Assembly: GCA_902826385.1 (NCBI GenBank)
Contig: CADEEU010000003.1
Coordinates: forward strand, 1-29,483
Source of the DNA: an uncultured Acidobacteriota bacterium
GTDB taxonomy: Bacteria > Acidobacteriota > Blastocatellia > Pyrinomonadales > Pyrinomonadaceae
Length of the DNA: 29,483 bases
Direction: 5' to 3'
Part shown: positions 7,182 through 15,070 of the stretch, piece by piece
Layout: each line of letters starts with the position of its first letter
How positions within the stretch are numbered: the stretch's first letter is position 1
Translations under genes and position numbers: made by a program
Notes under the pieces: generated by a model
Told to the model about the DNA's origin: nothing
Databases searched by the model: none
The model's input: the letters and a program-made list of their open reading frames with translations, nothing else

Positions 7182-9281
7182 ATGCCTGTTGACCGAATAA
7201 AACTTACAACCGCCATTTTCATTGTTCTCGTCGTCGGGACATTGTGTTCGTTCGCACAGAATTCCAACGGCCGACTTATTGGAAAGGTTCTCGATGCGGA
7301 CAGCAAACCGCTCGCGGGCGTTACCGTTGTCGTCACCAACCAAACGACATCGCAGACACGAACTGAAATTACGGAATCGGATGGAGAATTTTCTTTTCGC
7401 CTCCCGGAAGGGGCCTACAAAATAAGCGTTGCCGATCCATTTGAAGCCAGGTTTGATCGGGGCAAGGTCGCCGAATATGGAACGTTCGCAAACGTAATCT
7501 GCGATCAAACAAAGAAGCTCTGCCCTACGCTTGAGAACGTAATAATCGACGGAGGCGAGAAGAAAATAGAATTCATCGCCGTCGATACTTCGAAAACAGA
7601 CCCAACCAAACCTGAAAGCAAAAAAGAGCCGGACAGCCGCGAAACGCTCGATCGGTGGCGAATAGGCTTTCCCGAATACGACCGCTACGGCGACAAAGGT
7701 GCACGCGGACGCGACATTCCGTTTCGCCGAAGCCGCTGGTACGACCCCTATAATCAAAACGTTCTCAAAGGCGACAAACCGATTTTCGGCGACGATTATT
7801 TCATCGTGTTGTCGGCGGTGAGTACGACCGGTTTCGAATTACGCCGAACGCCATCCGGCAATAACGTCAGCTCAAACGAACCAGCCAGCAATAATTTTTT
7901 CGGCCGCCCTGAGAGCCTTTCTTTTAACCAAACAATTCAGCTTTCGTTCGAACTGTTCAAAGGCCAAACCGTTTTTCAGCCGAGGCAATGGGCGATAAAA
8001 ATTTCACCGACGTTCAGTGTGCCGAACTACCTGAACGCTCGCGAAAACGGCATCGTTAACATCGACGTCCGTCGCGGAACAAACCGCGTGGATCTTCATG
8101 CCTCACTCGAAGAGGCGTTCGCCGAGGTGAAGTTGTTCGACACGAACGACAATTACGACTTCGTCTCCGTGCGTGCCGGCATTCAGCCCTTTACCGCCGA
8201 CTTCCGCGGTTTTCTTTATTCGGACAACAACCTCGGCATTCGCACTTTTGGGGCGTTTTCGAACAATAAATCGCAGTTTAACTTTGCGTATTTTCGACAG
8301 CTTGAAAAAGACACGAACAGCAATCTGAACTCATTGGAAGAATTGCGTGGCCAGGACATTTTTATCGGCAATTTTTTCCGGCAGGATTTTTTGTTTAAGG
8401 GCTACACCATCCAAGGCGTCGCCGCATACAACCATGACCGGGCAGACACGCATTACGACAGCAACGGTTTTCTGGTGCGGCCGGCATTGGTCGGCAGTTT
8501 TCAACCGCACGCGGTGAAGGCCGGTTATATTGGCATTAACGGCGACGGTCACATCGGCTGGCTGAACCTGACGAACTCCTATTACTTTTCATTCGGCGAG
8601 GACGAGTTCAATCCGATAGCGGGACGCAGAACACAGATCAGAGCACACATGGCGGCGGTCGAGGCATCCGTTGACCGTGACTGGCTTCGGTATAAAGTTT
8701 CTGCTTTTTATGCCTCCGGCGATAAAGAGCCGACAGATGATAAAGCGGGCGGCTTTGACGCCATTTTCGATGACCCAAATTTCGCGGGCGGACAATTTTC
8801 CTATTGGAACCGTCAGGGCATTCGGCTTGTCTCGACCGAGATCGGGCTGGTGCAGCCGAACAGCCTGTTGCCAAGTTTGCGTTCGAGCAAAACCGAAGGC
8901 CAGGCGAACTTCGTAAATCCCGGGCTGATGCTTTTCAACCTAGGCGTCGATGCCGAGGTGACGCAAACGGTCAAGGCAATATTCAATGCGAATTATTTGC
9001 GTTTCGATCGCACCGAACCACTCGAATATGTTTTGTTCCAACCACGTGTACGGCACGAAATCGGCACCGATTTGAGCCTAGGCGTAATCTACCGGCCGTT
9101 TTTGGTCAACAATATGACATTCACCTTCGGCGGCAATATTTTCCTGGCCGGCAAGGGCTTTCGCGACGTTTATACCGACCGTTCACGGAACTGTCCGATA
9201 CCAAGCTTCTGCACGCCCGACGTGCCGAACCCATCGAAGCCGCAGTACACGTTGTTTAGTCAGATGAAGTTGATATTTTAA
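7182..9281 (+). CDS. Outer-membrane beta-barrel protein with N-terminal carboxypeptidase-regulatory-like domain
   Basis: Signal peptide (SFA-Q); domain GRLIGKVLDADSKPLAGVTVVVTN...GEFSF.LPEGAYKI; many alternating amphipathic strands; terminal beta-signal QMKLIF. Confidence 0.8.
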   Translation: MPVDRIKLTTAIFIVLVVGTLCSFAQNSNGRLIGKVLDADSKPLAGVTVVVTNQTTSQTRTEITESDGEFSFRLPEGAYKISVADPFEARFDRGKVAEYGTFANVICDQTKKLCPTLENVIIDGGEKKIEFIAVDTSKTDPTKPESKKEPDSRETLDRWRIGFPEYDRYGDKGARGRDIPFRRSRWYDPYNQNVLKGDKPIFGDDYFIVLSAVSTTGFELRRTPSGNNVSSNEPASNNFFGRPESLSFNQTIQLSFELFKGQTVFQPRQWAIKISPTFSVPNYLNARENGIVNIDVRRGTNRVDLHASLEEAFAEVKLFDTNDNYDFVSVRAGIQPFTADFRGFLYSDNNLGIRTFGAFSNNKSQFNFAYFRQLEKDTNSNLNSLEELRGQDIFIGNFFRQDFLFKGYTIQGVAAYNHDRADTHYDSNGFLVRPALVGSFQPHAVKAGYIGINGDGHIGWLNLTNSYYFSFGEDEFNPIAGRRTQIRAHMAAVEASVDRDWLRYKVSAFYASGDKEPTDDKAGGFDAIFDDPNFAGGQFSYWNRQGIRLVSTEIGLVQPNSLLPSLRSSKTEGQANFVNPGLMLFNLGVDAEVTQTVKAIFNANYLRFDRTEPLEYVLFQPRVRHEIGTDLSLGVIYRPFLVNNMTFTFGGNIFLAGKGFRDVYTDRSRNCPIPSFCTPDVPNPSKPQYTLFSQMKLIF

Positions 9282-9306
9282 GCGGCAGATGACGGAAATG
9301 TCTCGT

Positions 9307-9373
9307 AGTAAAGTGATAGCTGATAAGTAAGAAGTGATAATGAAAATAGGGCTTATCACTTTTTACTTTTCAC
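9307..9373. repeat. Intergenic inverted repeat built from 7-nt units
   Basis: Units AGTGATA/GCTGATA/AGTAAGA/AGTGATA. Arm 9325-9340 AAGTAAGAAGTGATAA matches the reverse complement of 9353-9368 at 15/16. Confidence 0.7.
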
Positions 9374-9401
9374 CTAAAACTAATTGCGAAGAATACAAAC
9401 C

Positions 9402-12400
9402 ATGATCGCAAAGAGCAACAAACAAAATCGGCTCAAGCTCATCGTCCTGATCGTCTTTGCGTTTCTCGCGACGGTGGTTTATTGGAAACATTCCTCGCAC
9501 GCTCAGAATGCGGCGAACACGAACGGTCGTCCTGCCCCATCGACTGAGACCTCAACGACACCGACCACAACGCCGGAAGTAAAACTCGAAGGCTGCCTGA
9601 AATGTCATAACAACATAGAGCCGATGCATCGCTACAACACTCGCGGCGATGTGTTCGATACGCTCGATGAAGGGAGGGATGCACAGGGCCTAACCTGCAC
9701 GGCATGTCATGGCGGCAACCCGGCGGCGATCACGCAAAGGGAAGCTCACGTGCAGCCGAAATTTCCGAAAGAGTGGAATTGCAAAAACGGAGATTGTTCC
9801 AGCCGAAATCCGGAGCGTACGAACACGCTGCTCGCACGCGAAAGCTCGGAATTTGTGAGGTTCGTGAATCCCGGCGATTTTCGTGTCATCGCACAATCCT
9901 GTGGAGAATGCCACGCGGACGAAAATCAAAAAGTTTCACGCGGGATGATGGCCCACGGGGCGATGTTGTGGGGAGCGGCCCTTTATAACAACGGCTCGCA
10001 TCCGATCAAGGATGCCCAGTTCGGCGAAAGCTACGACGAGAACGGCAACCCGCAAACTTTGTTTCAAGCACCGAAACCGACGCGCGAAGATCAGGCCTCG
10101 AAAGGCCATCTCGAATTCTTGAGCCCGTTGCGGCGATGGGAGATCTCACAGCCGGGCAATGTACTTCGCGTCTTCGAACGCGGCGGCAAACGCCGGTTGG
10201 AGGTTGGGCTGCCCGATAAAGAGGAAGAAGGCGGAAAGCCGGATAAAGGCCTGAGCCCTCGCGGATTGGGCACAAACAACCGCACCGATCCGGTTTTTCT
10301 CGGCATACAAAAAACTCGACTGCTCGACCCGACTTTAAATTTCCTTGGCACTAACGATCACGCCGGCGATTACCGTTCGGCCGGCTGTACTGCGTGTCAC
10401 GTGATTTATGCGAACGACACTGGCGTCGCCGCCAGTTCCTATGCTGCGGCAGGTAATCGCGGATTCTCGCAATCGGCGGACACGAGCATTCCGAAAAACG
10501 AAGCCGGTCATCCGATAAAACATCAGTTCACATCGCGCATCCCGACCACGCAGTGTATGACCTGCCACATGCATCCGGGCACGAATATGGTCGCCACCTA
10601 CTTAGGGCAAACGTGGTGGGACAATGAATCGGACGGAAAAGCGATGTACCCGCAGGATCGGCAGATCAACCCGACGCAGGCTGACGAGGTGAAAAAGCTC
10701 GACAAGAATCCCGAAGGAGCGAGCTTGCGTGGGCTTTGGACCGATTCCGTGTTCTTACAAAACACCGGCACCGCCGATTTCAACAGCAAATTGAAAAATG
10801 TCCAGTTCGCCGATTCGCACGGACACGGGTGGATGTTCAAGAACGTCTATAAAAAAAACCGGAAGGGAAATTTGCTCGATGCGGAAAATAAAATAGTTTC
10901 GCCCGATGATCCCGACAAATTCAAAAAAGCCGTACATCTTAAGGACATCCACCTCGAAAAAGGGATGCACTGCGCCGACTGTCACTTCAGCCAGGACAGC
11001 CACGGTACGGGCATTCTCTACAACGAGCCGCGGGCGGCAGTCGAGGTCGGGTGTGTCGATTGTCACGGATCGATAACGGCCCGTGCGAATGGAATAACAA
11101 GCGGCCCGGCAGCGATGGCTCCGGAAAACCGCAATGAATTGCGTCTTCGCGAACAACAGAAAAAACCACTCATCGGCCGCGACCTGACACGGCTGCGATT
11201 CCGAACGCCGGACGGGAAGCGGACGCCGGTGATGGAAATTTTGACCCGCGACACGACGCGAAAAGACGTCGCCGGAAACGACATCCAGTTGAAACGCGGC
11301 GACGTGATCCAAAATTCCATTGTCGAACCCGGCCTTTGGTGGAAGGTGAAGCAAACCGCCGACACCGTCACGCCCGCCAGCCCTGATTACAACGAAAAAT
11401 CAGCCTACGCCAAAACAATGCAGCGGGACAACGCAACATGGGGCGACGTGAATGTGGCGGAGAATAAACTCGCGCATCAGGACAAAAGCATCACCTGCTA
11501 CGCCTGTCACACGTCTTGGGTGACGAGCTGTTTCGGCTGCCATCTGTCGATGGAGGCGAACCGCAAGATGCCGAACCGCCACAACGAAGGCGGCGATTCG
11601 CGCAACTTTACTTCATATAATTTTCAGGTGATCCGCGACGATATTTTTATGCTTGGCAAAGATGGAACTGTTACAGGACATAAAGTCGCTCCCGTTCGGT
11701 CGAGCTCGGCTGTGCTGGTCTCGTCGCGCAACCAGAACCGTGAATGGATCTATCACCAGCAGCAAACGGTCTCGGCCGAAGGATTTAACGGGCAGGCGTT
11801 TAATACGCACGTGCCGCATACCGTCCGCGGCAAAGAAACGCAGTCGTGCTCCGACTGTCACATGTCCAAAGACCGCGACAATAATGCGTGGCTCGCCCAG
11901 GTGATGCTGCAGGGCAGCAACTTCGTGAACTTTATGGGGCGCTACGTTTATGTCGCGACCGAACACGCGCTTGAGGCCGTCGCCGTCACCGAACACACCG
12001 AACCGCAGGCCGTTTATGGAAGCAATCTGCACCGGCTGGCGTACAAGGACAATTTCGAAAAGTTCGTAAACGGCGGTCGCGAGCTAAAAGAGTATTACGA
12101 AAACAAAGGCCGCCCCGAAGCCTTGCAAGTACAAGTACGCGGCGAGTATGCCTATGTCGCTGCCGGCAAGGGCGGCCTGCGCGTTTACGACATCGCCCAG
12201 ATCGATCACAAGGGGTTTTCCGAACGCATAGTGACCGCTCCAGTCTCGCCGCTCGGGCAACGGTTTTACGTCGATACCAAAAATGCGGTCGCCGTTGCCG
12301 CGCCTTCCATGCTTGCGGTCGATCCAGCAAGATGGCGAACCGTGCGAAATAACGACGGCACTTACAAACAGGTGCCGCCTGAAGAAGCACTAAAATTAAA

Positions 12401-13388
12401 CGCCGAAGCGAAAGCCGCAGGTAAACCTGCCCCAGCAGTTAACGAAGAAGGCCCGATCCATCCGCTATACGCCTATCTATACGTAGCCGATAAAGAGGAG
12501 GGCTTGATCCTGGTCAATGCTGTGACTTTGCTCGACGGCGACCCGCGAAATAATTTTCTAAGTCGAGCCCTGACCTACAATCCCAGCGGCACATTGACTG
12601 GCTCGAACAATATCACGCTCGCGGGAAATTTTGCTTACATTACGACCGAAAAAGAATTGGTGATCGTCGATCTTTCGACGCCTCTGGAACCGAAGATCGC
12701 CGTGCAGATTCCGTTGAATCGACCGAAAGCGGTCGCGGTACAATTTCTATATGCGTTTGTCGTTGACGCAGACGGGATGAAAGTTCTGGATATAAAAGAA
12801 CTTCAGACTTCGGGCAAAGTTTCGCTTGTTGAAACGGCGGTCGTGCCGATTAAAGACGCGAAGGACATTTACGTCGCCCGCACATATGCCTATGTCGCGA
12901 ACGGCTCGGAGGGCGTCGCGATAATCAATGTCGAACGGCCCGAAAATCCGAAACTCGACCAGACATTCAACGATGGAGGCGGCATCAACGACACACATTC
13001 GATAAAAGTCGCGATGACCAATGCCAGCCTTTACGCCTACGTCGCCGACGGCAAAAACGGCCTGAAAGTTTTGCAGTTGACCGACCCGGAAACAATGCCC
13101 GAGTACGCTGGCTTTAGCCCGCGGCCGCAACCGAAACTGATCGCAAGTTTCAAAACAAAAGGCGACGCACTCTCTATCTCAAAAGGCCTCGACCGCGACC
13201 GGGCCGTCGATGAAAGCGGCAACCAGATCGCCGTGTTCGGCCGCCGCGGAGCCAGGCCCTTCACATTCAACGAACTGATGCGGATGCTGCGAAGCGATGA
13301 CGGCAAAGGCGAGTTCTTCTGGGTTTCGGACGAACCGAATAAGCCTTCCCACGCTAAACTCTCGCCGTTATTTTCCTTATACTGGTAA
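9402..13388 (+). CDS. Large exported decaheme cytochrome c fused to C-terminal LVIVD-repeat beta-propeller
   Basis: ATG 9402, signal peptide ending SHA-Q. Ten CXXCH: CLKCH, CTACH, CGECH, CTACH, CMTCH, CADCH, CVDCH, CYACH, CFGCH, CSDCH. Repeats include GEYAYVAAGKGGLRVYDI, YLYVADKEEGLILVN, GNFAYITTEKELVIVDLS, TYAYVANGSEGVAIINV and YAYVADGKNGLKVLQL. Confidence 0.88.
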   Translation: MIAKSNKQNRLKLIVLIVFAFLATVVYWKHSSHAQNAANTNGRPAPSTETSTTPTTTPEVKLEGCLKCHNNIEPMHRYNTRGDVFDTLDEGRDAQGLTCTACHGGNPAAITQREAHVQPKFPKEWNCKNGDCSSRNPERTNTLLARESSEFVRFVNPGDFRVIAQSCGECHADENQKVSRGMMAHGAMLWGAALYNNGSHPIKDAQFGESYDENGNPQTLFQAPKPTREDQASKGHLEFLSPLRRWEISQPGNVLRVFERGGKRRLEVGLPDKEEEGGKPDKGLSPRGLGTNNRTDPVFLGIQKTRLLDPTLNFLGTNDHAGDYRSAGCTACHVIYANDTGVAASSYAAAGNRGFSQSADTSIPKNEAGHPIKHQFTSRIPTTQCMTCHMHPGTNMVATYLGQTWWDNESDGKAMYPQDRQINPTQADEVKKLDKNPEGASLRGLWTDSVFLQNTGTADFNSKLKNVQFADSHGHGWMFKNVYKKNRKGNLLDAENKIVSPDDPDKFKKAVHLKDIHLEKGMHCADCHFSQDSHGTGILYNEPRAAVEVGCVDCHGSITARANGITSGPAAMAPENRNELRLREQQKKPLIGRDLTRLRFRTPDGKRTPVMEILTRDTTRKDVAGNDIQLKRGDVIQNSIVEPGLWWKVKQTADTVTPASPDYNEKSAYAKTMQRDNATWGDVNVAENKLAHQDKSITCYACHTSWVTSCFGCHLSMEANRKMPNRHNEGGDSRNFTSYNFQVIRDDIFMLGKDGTVTGHKVAPVRSSSAVLVSSRNQNREWIYHQQQTVSAEGFNGQAFNTHVPHTVRGKETQSCSDCHMSKDRDNNAWLAQVMLQGSNFVNFMGRYVYVATEHALEAVAVTEHTEPQAVYGSNLHRLAYKDNFEKFVNGGRELKEYYENKGRPEALQVQVRGEYAYVAAGKGGLRVYDIAQIDHKGFSERIVTAPVSPLGQRFYVDTKNAVAVAAPSMLAVDPARWRTVRNNDGTYKQVPPEEALKLNAEAKAAGKPAPAVNEEGPIHPLYAYLYVADKEEGLILVNAVTLLDGDPRNNFLSRALTYNPSGTLTGSNNITLAGNFAYITTEKELVIVDLSTPLEPKIAVQIPLNRPKAVAVQFLYAFVVDADGMKVLDIKELQTSGKVSLVETAVVPIKDAKDIYVARTYAYVANGSEGVAIINVERPENPKLDQTFNDGGGINDTHSIKVAMTNASLYAYVADGKNGLKVLQLTDPETMPEYAGFSPRPQPKLIASFKTKGDALSISKGLDRDRAVDESGNQIAVFGRRGARPFTFNELMRMLRSDDGKGEFFWVSDEPNKPSHAKLSPLFSLYW

Positions 13389-13396
13389 GAGTTAGA

Positions 13397-13870
13397 ATGC
13401 AGAACAAAGAGCAAGACATCGAAACGAAATACAAAACCCTTGTCGTTCTTTGGGCGGCGATGATCGTTTCGCAACTTCTTTTTGTACTGGTGATTTTTTT
13501 CACCCGGCCAAAGCTTTTTCAGCTCGATTTCGGTCAGCCGCTGCTCGGTGATGGCGACCACGGCAGCACCGGGGCCGTGGTAATAGGCTTCGCTGTCGCC
13601 GCGATTACGGCCGTTGCTTTTTCTTTTGCGTTCCGCCGTCGCCTAAACGAGCGTGCCGTTGCCGAGCAAAGTCCGGCAAACGTACAGACCGGTTTCATTA
13701 TTGCCCTCGCATTCTCAGAAGCCGCTTCCCTTTTCGGCCTGGCCCTGGCGTTTGCGTTCGATTATCAATATTTCTTTCTTTGGATGATTCTCGGGATCGC
13801 GGCGATGATTCTGCATTTTCCAAAGCGCACAGAATTCCACGCGGCCAGCTACAAACAAAATCTTTCGTAA
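13397..13870 (+). CDS. Four-TM membrane protein of unknown function
   Basis: 157 aa with four hydrophobic segments; starts 8 nt after the decaheme gene stop. Confidence 0.78.
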   Translation: MQNKEQDIETKYKTLVVLWAAMIVSQLLFVLVIFFTRPKLFQLDFGQPLLGDGDHGSTGAVVIGFAVAAITAVAFSFAFRRRLNERAVAEQSPANVQTGFIIALAFSEAASLFGLALAFAFDYQYFFLWMILGIAAMILHFPKRTEFHAASYKQNLS

Positions 13871-13903
13871 TACTACCAAGCCGAAACAATACTTTAAATA
13901 AAG

Positions 13904-13986
13904 ATTGTAGGGGCAGCATACTGGCTGCCCGCAAATCTTTTGCCTGGGAAAGGCAGATCGGCGGGGACAAGCCCTGCCCCTACAAT
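13904..13986. repeat. GTAG-type REP doublet (inverted pair) between convergent genes
   Basis: Perfect 13-bp terminal inverted repeat ATTGTAGGGGCAG...CTGCCCCTACAAT; each end is GTAG followed by a GC-rich hairpin. Confidence 0.75.
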
Positions 13987-14046
13987 TCGTACTCGCGGGA
14001 CATCTAACCCGCGACACGCGACAGACATTAGTTAGCCTGTACGACG

Positions 14047-14778
14047 TTAAATTGGTTCGAGGTCTAAGCCCTTATTTAGATAGTGATAAAGGTCGTTGAA
14101 ATCGAGCACGGCCCGATTTAGTATCAGCGGAAGCTGGGGGATGTCGCTTGTGTTTACGATCAGGTTGAGGTTGCGTAAGAAAGCTTCGTGGGCGTTCATG
14201 GTCGCACCGCCGTCTTCTAAAGAAACAAGGAAGAGGCGCCGGCGTTCGGACGTGTACATTGCGTTAGCTTTCTGTTGGAGAATTGCGGCGCCACCGAATT
14301 CGGCAGCAAAATCGGGCGAGAAAACGACGATCTCGGTCTTTCCTTCACGAAGCCGCTCGTTAGCCTGTGCCGGAGTTTGAGCTAAGTAAACGCGGTAACC
14401 GCTTGAGGTCAAAAGCTTTGCCACTTCGTCTTTTCTTTCACCAAGACACAAGAGAACCCGCCGCGGTTTGTCGTTCTTTTCATCGCCGGCTTCAAGCGCG
14501 GTATTTCCCGACTGAAGGGCGGAAAGCAGTGACTTTAGCGCGCTGTTGATCTGAAACTCCGATTCCTTTTCGCGAAAGGCCGTCGAGTTTTCGTCTGCTG
14601 CGGGCGCCGCCTTATTCTCGGCCAACTGCTGAACCGTCGACGATACGCGGCCCTTTTGGTCTTTGTTCGCCCGGAGCATGTTCTGGCAGCGAGGGCAGCG
14701 GACCGTAAAGTTACCGCTGGGAATCTTAGATTCGTCCAGTTGAAGAGAAACAGAGCAGTTATCGCAGCGTATTATCAT
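14047..14778 (-). CDS. MJ0042-type zinc-ribbon protein with C-terminal receiver-like domain
   Basis: MIIRCDNCSVSLQLDESKIPSGNFTVRCPRCQNML is the MJ0042 finger pattern; the C-terminal beta/alpha pattern RRVLLC...GYRVYLA...EIVVFSPD is receiver-like. Confidence 0.8.
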   Translation of the reverse strand: MIIRCDNCSVSLQLDESKIPSGNFTVRCPRCQNMLRANKDQKGRVSSTVQQLAENKAAPAADENSTAFREKESEFQINSALKSLLSALQSGNTALEAGDEKNDKPRRVLLCLGERKDEVAKLLTSSGYRVYLAQTPAQANERLREGKTEIVVFSPDFAAEFGGAAILQQKANAMYTSERRRLFLVSLEDGGATMNAHEAFLRNLNLIVNTSDIPQLPLILNRAVLDFNDLYHYLNKGLDLEPI

Positions 14779-15070
14779 GATTTTTGTCCGTTGTACGGAT
14801 GCGTTTTAGAAAAAGTCTGAGGTTGGCAGGCCAACACTACTTCGTAGCCGTGTTGAAAAATAGTCGGTAACCGCTCCCGCCAAGGATAACTAGCCAGAAC
14901 AACAGAACCAAGGGCCTGACGGATTCCGCAATAAACAAAGCAAAGAAAAGAACAAAGATCGAAAGAACAAATCCGAACCACAGAATTGCTTTTGACATAT
15001 TCGTTACCTTCTACGCGGATCAGAAATCCCGAACCCCCACAGCCCAAGACGGATTTCGACACGTGTCTTG

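Noticed and set aside
9779-9796. CKNGDC in the decaheme protein as an 11th heme site
   Set aside because: No His follows the second Cys; it is more likely a disulfide.
7182-13388. Labelling the barrel and decaheme pair as mtrB/mtrA
   Set aside because: Heme spacing, size, LVIVD repeats and barrel N-terminus do not resemble MtrA or MtrB; only the general arrangement is analogous.
14931-14972. A-rich AAAG-repeating stretch between pilT and the zinc-finger gene
   Set aside because: The spacing is irregular with no complementary arm; it cannot be distinguished from low-complexity sequence.
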